Shown here piece by piece: positions 26,760-40,098 of a stretch of DNA of 64,000 nucleotides. The stretch is from Callorhinchus milii (Eukaryota). The notes below the pieces were generated by a model, which saw nothing but the letters and a program-made list of their open reading frames with translations, ran no database searches and was not told the origin of the DNA. The position numbers were made by a program, and so were the translations under genes. The stretch covers positions 129,644,001-129,708,000 of the forward strand of contig NW_024704742.1 in assembly GCF_018977255.1 (NCBI RefSeq), written 5' to 3'. How positions within the stretch are numbered: the stretch's first letter is position 1; each line of letters opens with the position of its first letter.

Positions 26760-26980
26760 CACCATCTTGGCTCCGCCCCTTGTCCATGACGTCCCACCGA
26801 GTTGTCAGTCACGATCGCAGGCGCCTCGCCCTGAGGGAGGAGCGCGCTCTCTGCTCCTCCCTTCCACGCTTACGTCACACAGAGATGACAGACACTGCGC
26901 ATGTGCGCGGGTCTCCACTTCCGGCGGCGGCGGCTCTCTGAGCTGTTGCTTGAACTTTGACACCAAACAGTGACGCGGCG
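26760..26980 (+). promoter_or_regulatory. CpG-rich housekeeping-type promoter / 5' UTR of RGP1
   Basis: CpG-rich stretch before the ATG. It contains a GC box (ccgcccc ~26773), CRE-like tgacgtc (~26787) and tacgtca (26871), NRF1-like tgcgcatgtgcgc (26896-26908) and ETS/GABP cacttccgg (26916-26924). Confidence 0.75.
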
Positions 26981-27096
26981 ATGATCGAGGTGGTGGCCAG
27001 GCTGCTCCGCGGCCCCGTCTTCCTGACCGGAGAGGTGCTGGAGTGTGTCATCACCTTCAGCAACCCCGTGACAGCCAGATCCACCTCAGCCTCCAG
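26981..27096 (+). CDS. RGP1: RGP1 (RAB6A GEF complex partner 1), exon 1 ([29 protein letters not shown]...)
   Basis: N-terminus recognisable as vertebrate RGP1. Donor gtgaga after 27096. Confidence 0.95.
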
Positions 27097-27098
27097 GT

Positions 27099-27371
27099 GA
27101 GAGAGAGGCCCAGAGAGAGAGAGAGGCCTGAGAGAGAGAGGCCCAGAGAGAGAGAGAGAGAGTGAGGCCCAGAGAGAGAGAGGCCCAGAGAGAGAGAGAG
27201 AGAGTGAGGCCCAGAGAGAGAGAGGCCCAGAGAGAGAGAGAGAGTGAGGCCCAGAGAGAGAGGAGAGGAGAGAGAGAGAGGCCCAGAGAGAGAGAGAGAG
27301 GAGGCCCAGAGAGAGAGAGAGAGAGAGTGAGGCCCAGAGAGAGAGAGAGGCCCAGAGAGAGAGAGAGAGGC

Positions 27372-27410
<39 letters not shown>

Positions 27411-27537
27411 CAGAGAGAGAGAGGCCCTGAGAGAGAGGCCCAGAGAGAGAGAGAGAGAGAGGCCCAGAGAGAGAGAGAGGCCCATAGAGAGAGAGAGAGA
27501 GAGAGGCCCAGAGAGAGAAAGAGAGAGAGAGAGGCCC

Positions 27538-27571
<34 letters not shown>

Positions 27572-27781
27572 GCCCAGAGAGAGAGAGAGAGGCCCAGAGA
27601 GAGAGAGAGAGGCCCAGAGAGAAGAGAGAGCCAGAGAGAGGAGAGAGAAAGAGAGAGAGAGTGAGGCCCAGAGAGAGAGAGGAGAGAGAGAGGCCCAGAG
27701 AGAGAGAGAGAGAGAGGCCCAGAGAGAAAGAGAGAGAGAGGAGGCCCAGAGAGAGAGAGAGGCCCAGAGAGAGAGAGAGGC

Positions 27782-27824
<43 letters not shown>

Positions 27825-27917
27825 CCCAGAGAGAGAGAGAGAGAGTGAGGCCCAGAGAGAGAGGAGAGAGAGAGGCCCAGAGAGAGAGAGAGAGAGAGGC
27901 CCAGAGAGAGAGAGGCC

Positions 27918-27949
<32 letters not shown>

Positions 27950-28833
27950 CCTAGAGAGAGAGAGAGAGAGAGAGGCCCAGAGAGAGAGAGAGAGAGAGAG
28001 GCCCAGAGAGAGAGAGAGAGAGAGAGTGAGGCACGGAGAGAGAGAGAGAGAGAGAGAGGCACAGAGAGAGAGAGGCCCTGAGAGAGAGAGGCCCTGAGAG
28101 AGAGAGAGAGAGGCCCAGAGAGAAAGAGAGAGGCCCAGAGAGAGAGAGAGAGAGAGAGAGGCCCAGAGAGAGAGAGAGAGTGAGGCCCAGAGAGAGAGAG
28201 GCCCAGAGAGAGAGAGAGGCCCTGAGAGAGAGAGAGAGAGAGAGAGGCCTAGAGAGAGAGAGAGAGAGAGGCCCAGAGAGAGAGAGGAGAGAGAGAGGCC
28301 CAGAGAGAGAGAGAGAGAGAGTGAGGCCCAGAGAGAGAGAGAGGCCCAGAGAGAGAAAGGCCCTGAGAGAGAGAGAGAGAGGCCCAGAGAGAGAGAGAGA
28401 CCCAGAGAGAGAGAGAGACCCAGAGAGAGAGAGAGAGAGAGGCCCAGAGAGAGAGAGAGAGAGGCCCAGAGAGAGAGAGAGAGAGAGAGGCCCAGAGAGA
28501 GAGAGAGAGAGGCCCAGAGAGAGAGAGAGAGAGGCCCAGAGAGAGAGAGAGAGAGGCCCAGAGAGAGAGAGAGAGGCCCAGAGAGAGAGAGAGAGGCCCA
28601 GAGAGAGAGAGAGAGGCCCAGAGAGAGAGAGAGAGAGGCCCAGAGAGAGAGAGAGAGAGGCCCAGAGAGAAAGAGAGAGGCCCAGAGAGAGAGAGAGGAG
28701 AGAGGCCCAGAGAGAGAGAGAGGAGAGAGAGAGGCCCAGAGAGAGAGAGAGGGGCCCAGAGAGAGAGAGAGAGAGGGAAAGAGGCCCAGAAAGAGAGAGA
28801 GAGAGGCCCAGAGAGAGAGAGAGAGAGAGAGGC

Positions 28834-28880
<47 letters not shown>

Positions 28881-29149
28881 CCCAGAGAGAGAGAGAGAGA
28901 GAGGCCCAGAGAGAGAGAGGCCTGAGAGAGAGAGAGAGGCCCAGATAGAGAGAGAGAGAGAGAGACAGAGGCCCAGAGAGAGAGAGAGAGAGGTCCAGAG
29001 AGAGAGAGAGAGGCCCAGAGAGAGAGAGAGAGAGGTCCAGAGAGAGAGAGAGGGCCCAGAGAGAGAGAGAGAGGGAAAGAGGCCCAGAGAGAGAGAGAGA
29101 GAGGCCCAGAGAGAGAGCGAGAGAGAGGCCCAGAGAGAGAGAGAGAGGC

Positions 29150-29185
<36 letters not shown>

Positions 29186-29580
29186 GCCCAGAGAGAGAGA
29201 GAGGCCCAGAGAGAGAGAGGCCTGAGAGAGAGAGAGGCCCAGATAGAGAGAGAGAGGAGAGACAGAGGCCCAGAGAGGAGAGAGGTCCAGAGAGAGAGAG
29301 AGAGGCCCAGAGAGAGAGAGGCCTGAGAGAGAGAGAGAGAGGCCCAGAGAGAGAGAGAGAGAAGCCCAGAGAGAGAGAGGCCCAGAGAGAGAGAGAGAAA
29401 GGCCTGAGAGAGAGAGAGGCCCAGAGAGGGAGAGGCCTGAGAGAGAGAGAGAGACCCAGAGAGGGAGAGGCCTGAGAGAGAGAGAGAGACCCAGAGAGGG
29501 AGAGAGAGAGAGGCCTGAGAGAGAGAGACCCAGAGAGAAAGAGAGAAAGACCCAGAGAGAGAGAGGGAGGCCTGAGAGAG
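27099..29580. repeat. ~2.5 kb compound (GA)n-GGCCCA satellite at the start of RGP1 intron 1
   Basis: Runs of GA dinucleotides punctuated by GGCCCA/GGCCTG. It generates the long low-complexity ORFs in the track. Confidence 0.98.
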
Positions 29581-29734
29581 ACAACAACTTGCATTTATAC
29601 AGCAAGGTAGCATCTCAGAGCACTTAACAGTGGTGGAGCAGCACACCAATCGAGAGGGTGGGAACCATAAGCATGGTTGAAGAGGACTGTGAGACCCTGA
29701 GAGAGAGAAAGGTCTGAGCCTGCAGGCGAGTCCT

Positions 29735-29778
<44 letters not shown>

Positions 29779-30882
29779 GGCTGAGCCTCCAGGTGAGACC
29801 GAGAGAGAAATAGAGAGATCCAGAGAGAGAGATGGCTGAGCCTCCATTTACTGTTCCTGATAGAGGCATCTGTCCCAGATGGAGATTCTGCAAAAGGTGG
29901 ATTCTCTTAAGCTTGGTGATGGGGCTCTGCATGTGTCAGAGACCTGGCTGACCAAAAAAAAGGTCTCCTAAAAACATCCTCGCATCCCCCCAACCCACCC
30001 CCCCACACACAGGTTTTTATTGTTAGTGTTTCCCATTGTCCCTATAAAACACTTATGAATGTTATAATAGGCATATTATTGTTGCAATAGTGTTTATTCC
30101 CCAGTGTCATTACCTTTGTTTATTCTTCCCCAATGTCATTCCTCTACTTTTGTCCACCTTCCTAGCTCAGGTCTCTAATCTATCAAGCTTCTTCTGTTTT
30201 TTTAGGCAGTCTAGTTCCTATTAATTGCAACAAACCCAGTTTGGTGTCTCAGTAAACTTAGATGTCCCACATCCAAATAATTTATATACAGTGTACATAA
30301 TTTATGTACATCAGCCCTAGCATCGATCCCAGAGGCACATAACTACAAGTAGTGACTTTCCTATAATCTAGTTAATTTCCACTTCTGCCCCCTATTCTAT
30401 GCAAGTACTTTTATTAATCATTTCTAAAGTATTTTTATATTTACCTAAGTAATTAGAATAATTGAAGTTTTATTTGGGAATTAGGTGTATTTTCTGGAAC
30501 TGTTTGCTATTAAATATAGATATATTTGACTAAATATTATTTTCATTAGATATATTTGACTAAATATTTTTGGGAAATAAACTAGTTGATGCATATTATG
30601 TGTTCTGATTGCGCTGAATGGGTGCTAGGCCTCTCTAAAATACACAATCGATCCACTTTACAGTATATTCAGTGAAGCCCTTTTGAGACGTCTCAATTAC
30701 GTGAAAGGGTGCTATATGAAATACAAGAATTATTATTATTTACCAGTTGAAAGCCGCTAAACAAATGTAATGTATTATTATCATTAGGACCTCAAATGAG
30801 GAAATCCTGTAAATGCTTAACAATTCAATCGGTTGTTTCCGAATTGTTTTGGTGCTAGAGTTGCTTTTCTTTAATTTTCCAG

Positions 30883-31019
30883 TGAGATGCTGGCATGGGC
30901 AAGCGCTCAGATCCACTGCCAATTTCATACCAGTGAGAGTCGTGTCTCTCTTCCTCCCTCTGAAGACACAAAGCACGATGTGCAGGCCGAAAATGAGACA
31001 GTCTTTGTCCCAAACAGAG
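30883..31019 (+). CDS. RGP1: RGP1 exon 2 ([15 protein letters not shown]...VFVPNRG)
   Basis: Conserved [12 protein letters not shown] motif, AG/GT boundaries, consistent phases. Confidence 0.96.
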
Positions 31020-31266
31020 GTAGATTTATCTCCGAGCTTTCTTCTACTTCTCTCTGCCCTCAGTGCTCTTGATATCTTTGTTCTTAAGCTTACGACCATC
31101 ACTTTATTATTGACCTTGATCTTCAAAACCAAATTTTATACCTGACTGTCATATTGCTCATCTTTATTTCCTGTTGATTTGGTTATAATGCGGTTGTGAT
31201 GTGGATCTCATCACTTTGCGTGTGAGCAGCTTTCCTGTGCACCTGCCATCTCTTGTACTGAAAGAT

Positions 31267-31488
31267 CCAACGTCCGAGTCATCAGGTCTCCACTGACATC
31301 ACTTTCTCTATGCCACGTACGCACAGTGCATGGGAAGTGATGTTGGGTCACTTTCTGCATGTATATATTCATTAACTGTAAGAAGCCCCGCTGATGTCAC
31401 CTCTTTTGCAAAGTTCACATGAGCACAATTATCTGCATTTAGTTTGCAGGAAACAATGTCAATGGCAACCTGATGACCCGGAAGTTGG
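31267..31488. mobile_element. MITE-like element with ~33 bp imperfect terminal inverted repeats
   Basis: Left end ccaacgtccgagtcatcaggtctccactgacat vs reverse complement of the right end ccaacttccgggtcatcaggttgccattgacat. Confidence 0.6.
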
Positions 31489-32897
31489 CCATTTTTTTTA
31501 GTGCTAGTCGCTGGTTATACTCGCTTCTGATAAAGTGGGGTCGACAGTAGACTCACTCAGACAAGTTATAATGGGGCTGCCGTGTAATACTTCTGGGTTA
31601 CTTATCTACACCATTAAATATTTTATGCACTTAGTGAAGCTCCTCCTTAGCCACCTTCTTTCTAGATTGTAAAGATTTAATTTCTTTAATCATAGACTAC
31701 ATAACAGTTATGGAATATAACATTCAATCAGCTTCATTAATAGTTGCCCCACGTTGTCTGAAAATTTTGGGTTTGGTCAGCCAGCTATCTGACCTGTAGA
31801 AACCCACGCTTAGGAGTATCCAAACCGATCTGGTTTCACATATGATGCCACCTACACATGGAAATTTCTCTTTGTCTGGAATGGAATACAAACTCTCTGC
31901 CAGAGAGATTCACCCTGATTACCTAATTTCAGAAAGATGCAGCTTGGCAAGAGCCAAAGCATGGGAACCCGAAAGTGTATGCTGCTTGAGTTTAAGATAA
32001 GGCCACACAGCTTGCAATCGTGATTCCTGTCTATTAAAATTCCCGCTGCTTGTCCAGGTTGGACAACCCTACTTAATAAAGCATTGGCTTGGAGAGTTAA
32101 TGGAAGCTGAGGGGAAGAGCACCTTCTCTCAGTGACTGGCCTGTTCCTCCAAGACTTGTTGACGTACCAGGTTGGCTGGTCTGTCATCCTGCATTGTACT
32201 CTGGACTCACCTGGCTTAGGAACGTTATCTGAAATTGAACAACAAGATTACAACAACAAGATTACATTTGTATAGCGCCTTTCACTCCGTAGGACGTCCC
32301 AAGGCACTGGACAGTGGGCAGCATTTTAGACCCGAGCTGGGGTCGGGGGGAGAAGAGAGGGGAGCGGAAGGGGGTGACCGATGGCATGGTCGAAGAGAAG
32401 GGTTTTGAGGCGGGACTTGAAGGAGGTTAAGAAGGGGGCGAGGTGAAGTGATTGGGGGATGGAGTTCCAGAAGTTGGGGGCAGAGTGGCTGAAGGTGAAA
32501 GTGGTAGAACATAATAAGTCTACTCTCTGACCCCTACTCCACCTCATTTCATTCATTGAATGTTTAAGTCCCTTCCGCACCCTATGTGTTAGTAATGCCT
32601 TACATTTTGCAGTGTATAAGCACACTTGAGATGATACCTGAGTGAAGGGCGCTTTACAAAAATTTGTATTAAGTTTGTTAATTGAGACTGACAACAAACT
32701 GTAACACCTAATAAAATCTGCCTGAATACAGGACCACGTGAAATATTTTTAGATAACTTGAGATGTAAATTCGAGTACAGCATTCAACACATCATGAATT
32801 GCATGCAGTCAGAACACGTGAGTGTCCCCTGACCAGGATCTGCTAATTTGTTTGTTGATTTAATACATAACTTAAATTGTTTTCAATTCATTTTCAG

Positions 32898-32981
32898 GTG
32901 AACGAGGGCAATGCCTTCTGGCCACTCCACCCAAGATACTCTTCTGTGACCTACGGCTTGTTCCCGGTGAATCAAAATCCT
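32898..32981 (+). CDS. RGP1: RGP1 exon 3 ([27 protein letters not shown])
   Basis: Conserved [10 protein letters not shown] motif. Boundaries ttcag and gtaagt. Confidence 0.96.
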
Positions 32982-33319
32982 GTAAGTACATCCAGTTTTG
33001 TAAAATAGTATTTTTCCCCTCAGCTTCCATTAAAACCCAGTCTCAAACCTCCATAGAGCTAGAATAAGAACTGTTATTCACCCACAAAAACACACGGTCA
33101 CTCTACAGTGTTGTGTATCCTGTGAAGCACGTTGGGGCGTTCTTCTGAGGTGAAAGGTACTTTACCGAATGTAAGCTTTATTACTATGGTCAGTTGAGCC
33201 TCATTTACTTGCGCTATTGGGTTCTTTGATCTTATTACTGATCAAGTTCTTATCACTATGTGCCTGTTAGCAAGGGTAATAGTGGGAAGAGAAATCAATG
33301 CAAGACCCAGAGGCTGCAA

Positions 33320-34005
33320 CATGATATATTCTCCGAAACATCGCCAGACTACGGCACTACCTCACCCCTCACGCTGCTGAAACCCTGGTCCACGCCTTTA
33401 TCACCTCAAGGCTGGACTATGGGAACTCTCTCCTCGCCGGCCTTCCCGGCCCTCCCTCCACAAGCTGCAGGTCATTCAGAACTCTGCAGCTCGTGTACTG
33501 TCCCGCACCGGGCTTCGGGACCACATCACTCCCACCCTCGCTCGCCTCCACTGGCTCCCCATCCCCCAGAGGATCGAATTCAAGATCCTCATCCTCACCT
33601 ACAAGGCCATTCACGGCCTTGTTCCCTCCTACCTCTCCGACCTACTATCCCCTACCTACCTGCCCGTACCCTCCGTTCCTCTGGCTCCGGTCTGCTCCAC
33701 ATCCCCCGCCCCAACCGCCCTACCATCGGTGGCCGGGCTTTCAGCCTCTCAGCCCCGAGGCTCTGGAACTCTATCCCCCAGTGCCTTCGCCACCTCCTCC
33801 CTTTCCTCCTTCAAGGCCGGTCTCAAGACCTTTCTCTTTGACCGTGCCTTCAGCTCGACTCTCTACCCCCTCCTTGCTCCCTCCCTTCCCTCCCCTCACC
33901 CTGACCATTTCCCCACTGCTCGGGTCCTGACCCAACTGTCCAGCGCCTTGGGACGTCCTCCCGACGTGAAAGGCGCTCTGTAAATGGAATCTTGTTGTTT
34001 TTGTT
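33320..34005 (+). mobile_element. L2-clade LINE 3' fragment in RGP1 intron 3
   Basis: Broken ORF2 C-terminus ([33 protein letters not shown]) plus a 3' UTR ending ggacgtcctcccgacgtgaaaggcgctctgtaaat...ttgttg. Related fragments lie at ~60-668, 3195-3555, 5095-5280, 32250-32495, 37640-37958, 45145-45300, 51420-51785, 51960-52255, 52905-53345 and 53900-54200. Confidence 0.85.
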
Positions 34006-34658
34006 GTATTTAAACCACAGAATGATGTAATGTGTATTATTACATGAATTACACAGACTTTGGTGATGCTCAGTAAGTAAATGTGGTTAGCTATACAAAC
34101 CTGTGAGGTGCTGGCTTGGACACTTGAATCTGTTCTGTTAGTTGATCACAGTATCAGTTTCTGATGACCTCTCAGGAATGTGGGAATATTCAATGACTCT
34201 TTAAAGTGAATATTTATTTGGAATACTCTTTTCCCATGTGAAAAATATAAAGTTTGAATCAAAAGGAACTGGATAATCGCTGTTTGAGAATGACAATCTA
34301 AATCATCCGATTAGGCAAAAATAAATTCAATTTACGCAATATTTGTTTTGTATGTATCTTTCAAAGTTTAGTAATGTACTAAAAGGAAGTGCTTTGTTTT
34401 GCAGTATTAAGTAGTAATGGCTCTCAGTGTTGTTATTACAGGATTACGTTACGTGTCATGACATTCTGCCCTAAGATATTATGCAAGGATTACTTTCTGT
34501 TTTACAATGAAGATAAGTTTTCAAAAGAAATCAAAGCATGATTGTAAAGTTGAAGATATACCACACACTGCTCCTGGTACCGAAATCTTTTGCTATGTTT
34601 GTCTTTTCCATTTCTGAAAAGACCTGTCATTTAACCTTGTTGTGCTTGGAATGTTTAG

Positions 34659-34808
34659 ATTCCTACTGTGAAACCGTGCCTCAAGATGGTCCGCCATCCT
34701 TCCGTGGCCAGTCAGTGAAATACGTTTACAAACTGACTATTGGTTGTCAGAGAGTAAACTCTCCTATCAAACTCCTGAGGGTCCCTTTCCGGGTTTTGGT
34801 GGTTTACG
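34659..34808 (+). CDS. RGP1: RGP1 exon 4 ([49 protein letters not shown])
   Basis: Conserved [22 protein letters not shown]. Boundaries tttag and gtaagt. Confidence 0.96.
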
Positions 34809-35927
34809 GTAAGTCCCTGTTACTCCTTTCACATGTTTGGCCTCATTAATTTTTTGCTGTACAGATGATTTTGGATGGTAATTTGCTGGAATATTATTTA
34901 TTTTAAAGCAATAAAATTGATGTTGCATTTTGTGGTAAATATTAAATTGCTATATTGGAAACTAAGGATTTCTTTCCCTTTTAATTTATTAAACAATCAA
35001 TTTTCCAGTTATTCAAGCATGATTATAAATAATCCCTGCATTTGATATAGCAACTTATTTTGTCTTTGAGACGTCTCAAAGTGTTTCACAGAATATACTG
35101 TAAAGTGAATTGACTGTATATTTTGTGGGCAAAACTCGGCAGCCAATTGCACTCAGCAGTGTCCCACAAACAATCTTGCACAAAGAGCCTATATGGTAAC
35201 TGAAATGCTGTATTCTTTTCTTTGGTCTTTCATACAGGAAGATTTCATAACTCATTCCATAGATTTCCTGTATGTCATATTGCTGTGGGTGACTATTCCT
35301 GTTTGTACTTGTGAACAGTTATAAAGAGCTTCCTCATTCCCAGTTGTGCCTTCTCCCTGTATACATGCCAGTTGTGTTCACACTTCACCTTTGCATAGAT
35401 TAGAGATTTAACTAGCACCTTCCTGATCTCATTTGTAATATTCCCAAACAGAATTGTTTACATTGATATTGTTGGCAAAATTTGCTAGAAAATTCATGCC
35501 TATTCATGCGAGTCCCAATCTGTTTTCCACTGCCATTTTGCCAGCTTTCTTAAGGATTTGCTGATTTGTGATTTCTGATTTATGGTGAGGAATTTCTCAG
35601 GGAAGTCTGTAAATCAGAAGTTGTAAATCAATTAATGTAAAAAATCTGATTTGCATCCTCACAAATTAGACCCCGGTTTAAAATCAAAGTAATTATAAAA
35701 TTTCTTAAATTTGGATGCAATTTTAATTAAAAAACACAGATTTTTGTTGAAAACGCCTCTTTTAAAAAATAAAATCTAATTTAAATAAATGGTATTTCTG
35801 ATTCGAACCTGTGATCTTCTGCTCTGAACATTTTAGTGAGCAATTACTCTCGGAGTCACTGGGGTGCCCTATAGTTTAATTCTAGGGGTGAGCATTTAGT
35901 TAACAAGTAAATTTCTGTCCCCATCAG

Positions 35928-36074
35928 GGTTAGAAGATTATCAGCTTACCCCAGATGAAGCCGTGGCCCCTTCAAACCCGTTTTTGGATGAAGATGAGAA
36001 CATCAAAAAAGACACCAGATTAATTGATATGGCAACAGAAATGCTGATGACCAATACTTCGCGACGTAGCCTTC
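35928..36074 (+). CDS. RGP1: RGP1 exon 5 (LEDYQLTPDEAVAPSNPFLDE...TSRRSL)
   Basis: Open 147 nt exon with the DEAVAPSNPFL motif. Boundaries atcag and gtaagt. Confidence 0.93.
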
Positions 36075-36242
36075 GTAAGTGTTAAGCAGCAAATTATTTA
36101 TTTGTTCTCATTGAAAACATGAAGCTAGCTGCTTAGATGTAAAAGCACCTACGTAAAGAATGGAGAGAAGAATCCGGTATTATTATCTAATGAGGATATT
36201 GTATGATCTAATTGATTAAACTTGGTGTTTCTTTCTGTGCAG

Positions 36243-36370
36243 ATCTGTATAACATTACTAATATCCGAGGGAAAGTTGGAAAGTTCTGCATCTTCAAAAC
36301 CATCTACAAGATTGGCGAGGATGTTGTGGGGACATTCGATTTCTCTGAAGGGGACATTCCGTGTTTACAG
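36243..36370 (+). CDS. RGP1: RGP1 exon 6 (LYNITNIRGKVGKFCIFKTIYKIGEDVVGTFDFSEGDIPCLQ)
   Basis: Rgp1-domain sequence. Boundaries gcag and gtcagt. Confidence 0.96.
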
Positions 36371-36763
36371 GTCAGTACAATTAGAAAATATTTGTATCTA
36401 CCGGCTGACCCCATTTATAATGTGCTTCAGTGTAGCTCAGGTCCACTCATAGTGCCATCACACTTTGAGCCACTGTATACCAGAAGAGCAGAACACTTCC
36501 AGCCTCCAGTGCTGACTTGCCAGCTTCCTAAAGCATTGATGATGTCCGTTCCTGTGCGCTGGATATGCCTGTTATGAGCAGGAAGCACTGCTGATATCAC
36601 TTCACATAGGAAGTGATATCAGCAGTGACCTGATGATCCAGATGCATTGACTGGCGACCATTGGCTGAATGACCACATCCTGTGTTGTGAACTTTCTGTG
36701 ATTGTTTTCAAGTTAATGTTTTAAACCCTGTAATATGAGCAACGCCTCTCTCCTTGGTTGCAG

Positions 36764-36941
36764 TTCTCAGTAGCTCTACAAACTGAAGAACACATACAGG
36801 AGGAGTATCAGAGAAAACAAGGACAGCCCGTTTCCCTTCATACACACGCACGACACCAGGAGTCATGTTTGCACACAGCTAAGACGCACTTCAGTTTACC
36901 TATTCCACTCAGCGTAACACCTAGCTTCCTCACCAGTGTTG
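36764..36941 (+). CDS. RGP1: RGP1 exon 7 ([17 protein letters not shown]...[14 protein letters not shown])
   Basis: Rgp1-domain sequence. Boundaries gcag and gtaaga. Confidence 0.96.
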
Positions 36942-38024
36942 GTAAGAGTGCCTTTTTGTCTTTGTATGTTATACAATTGGATGGGGTCAACACTGCAATG
37001 TGGTAACTCATGTAAATGGTATCTGGCAACCCGCCTACTTGAGGTGACAATGGCTGACCTACTTTCGTAAGAAACACCAGAAGAGTAAATTAAGCAACTG
37101 TCTGATCATTCAAGCGTTCTGAGACTGTGGAGTGCTTTGAGACGTCTCAACAAATTTGAAACGGTGCTATATGGAGTCCTGTAGCTTAGTGGTTAGAGCA
37201 CTCACCTCGCAAGCAAGAGGACTTGGGTTTGATTCCTGTGCAGGGTGAAACGTTGCACAAGTCCACACGCCTGTGTTTACCTAGCAGTAAGTAGGACCCT
37301 GGTTGTTAGTCAAATGGAGAATCGCTTTTCCAGGGGTAATAATCCCTTCAAAAAAAAAATGTTGTCACTCAATCCACGACTGTTTGTGGGATACTGCTGT
37401 GCGCAATTGGCTGCCGTGTTTCACCCACAAAATATACACTCAATTCACTTAACAGTATATTCTGTGAAACGCTTTGAGAAGTCTCAAAGATGTGATAAGG
37501 CTCTATATCAAAAATGCAAATGCAAGCATTATTATATCAAATGCAAGAATTGATATCTGCCTGTTGCTGAGTATCTGATGGTGTGATATTTTTTGAAAGA
37601 AAATGAGCTAGAATCTATGCAAAGATTCTGAGATGTGACTTGTCTGGCCCGGCTTCAGGTCCCTCATACCCCTCGGCCCCACCATTGGCGGTCAGGCATT
37701 CAGCATCTCCGCCCCCACAATCTGGAACTCTATCCCCCAATCCCTCCTCCTCACCGCCTCGTTTGCCTCTTTCAAGTCCCGTCTAAAGACCTTCTTTGAC
37801 CGTGCCTTCAGCCAACCTCCCATCCTCACCACCCCTGGCCTGCACCCCTCCTTGACCCCAACTTCCAGCTCGGGTCCAAAAAACCCTGACTGTCAAGTGC
37901 CCTGGGATGTCTTTCTGAAGTGAAGGGTGCTACACAAGTCTAATTTGTTGTTGTTGTTTTAAGTTTTAAAAGGTCTTTGCACTTGCTTTCAAGCAGTGGC
38001 TTGACACAATCCATTTAATTTCAG

Positions 38025-38248
38025 TGTCCTTGAGATGGCGCTTACACTTTGAGTTTGTGACGGCTCGTGAACCAGTGGAACCACCTACAGTCCTTGAGAA
38101 CCAATCGGAGATCATTACCTGGACTGGGGCGGAGCGGATCGATGTGGACACGTTCAGCTGGGATCTGCCCATCAAAGTACTTCCAACCAACCCTGTACTT
38201 GCCTCTTACGTGTCACAGTTTTCCTCTTCTAATTCTATCAATATTTGA
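38025..38248 (+). CDS. RGP1: RGP1 exon 8, terminal ([15 protein letters not shown]...[14 protein letters not shown]...SINI*)
   Basis: Conserved [10 protein letters not shown] and [10 protein letters not shown] motifs, stop at 38246-38248. Summed CDS is 1164 nt (387 aa). Confidence 0.97.
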
Positions 38249-40098
38249 GTTTTATTTTCTCTCTGTAAATACATAGATTGTATTTTTTTGGAACATTTAC
38301 ATTCCTTAGCCTCAAGATGTTTGCTTCACCTTTGATGTTAAGTAATAGTGGAACTACAGTAGGTGGAGGAATGTCAATATTATCATTGCCTAGGAGGAGG
38401 AACAATCTGCTATAGTTTTTAATCCGCATTGTTCTAACTGTGAAGCTAATCATTCAAGACCCCTTGAATATGCAACTTTGTATAATATTATGATCATTCC
38501 AGTGGACTTCCAGTATGAAAGAGTATTGCTTCCTATCCGTGTGGAAATACCTTGAACAAAATCTATGGTGATAGATTTCTCCAAATGACACAACATTATG
38601 GAAAGGTTCTTAACAGAGGTTCTTAAAACAAACTTAATTTCCACTTTTTCTACAGCTTTTAACGTATTCTAATATTTTCCCTGTCAATTTCAGATTCAAA
38701 CCTGGTTGCCTTAAGAACGTAAATGTTAATATGCAACACTAAATAGTTAGTACTCTGGAATAATGGGTATAAAATACTTAAAGAAATTCACATGGGAGGG
38801 AGCAGATTCTAAAATAGGAAAACCTATTGAAACCCTAGCTCAGGGAATGTTGTAGCTCCACACACCTGTGTGATCATTCCAACTCGCTAGACCTGCTCAT
38901 AAATGAGCTGTTTGAGATTTTAAGCTAAGAGTTAGTCATAGTTATCAACAGCATTATAAACCCTGTGAATCAACTGAATGACAGATAAGAGCCGAGGCAA
39001 AATAATTCTTTCCGCTAAACATTGAATCAGATTATCTCGTTTTCATTCTTTCCATTATTAGTAAATGCACAAGCATCCAGGTACTGTTTCTTCAATAGGA
39101 ATGAAAGAAATGGACTGCGTTTTGTAAAAGCAGTTTACATGAGTGAGCTAGTTTTGTACATTTTAAATTACCATAGTCTTGATTGTTTTCTTGCCTGTTT
39201 TGTTATGCAATTCAGGTCCCAGTATTTGCTGAAGATTAAGAATTGCGATTTGCTTTTATTTCTCTAAATCAGGCAGCTTCTTCAAACCCGGAGTTGTATT
39301 GTGGATATTTATTGATGGCATTAAGTGGTCTCTAAAGTTATAAGCCAGTATATCCTGTATGTTTTCCAATTTGGAAACATTGTGTGTATCCAAATTTCTC
39401 ATGTAAATAATTTCTCATGTAAATAATAAATAATAGGTCAGGGCGAAACCTTGGGCAAGTTTCCTTACTCCACACGCCTAATAATAATAATCCCTCCAAA
39501 ACCAAAAACAATAATAAATTGGTCATTTTCAATCTACGACTGTTTGTGGGACATTGCTGTGCGCAATTGGCTGCCGCGTTCGCCCACAAATATACAGTCA
39601 ATTCACTTTACAGTGTGTTCTGTGAAGCGCTTTGGGACGTCCTCCCGACGTGAAAAGCGCTATATCAAATGCAAGGATTATTATTATTATTATCTATGCC
39701 ATGTACTAGTCTCCAATCTCTAACCTTTGTCTGTGCTGTTCTTAAATTGACAATTGATTTAGTCTTTTGATTCTTTTCCGTGTGGAAAGCACTCTATGTC
39801 ACATTCAAAGTCAAGAATATACAGTGTGGAAAATTGTAGGCACGCCCCTGCGTCTTACTACACCTTGGCACAGCATGTTCGTTCAGCGTGTTCGTACCTC
39901 TCGGTGAGGTGCTGTATCTTTCTGCCATCATTTGTTAGCTTTGTGTTGTTACAGAATTGCAAAGAGTTTGCAGTGTTAGAAACAATAGGAAATATATTTG
40001 TTTAAAACCAGTTTAGTTACTACAAAGAAATGTATGTGTGTGTGTGTATTTAAAGCCATGAAAGTGCATTAAAGTATACGAGTGGAAAGTGTAACATT

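Noticed and set aside
26875..29847. Long ORFs (up to 839 aa) rich in SL or ER repeats
   Set aside because: These are translations of the (GA)n-GGCCCA satellite, which lacks stop codons. They have no real coding complexity.
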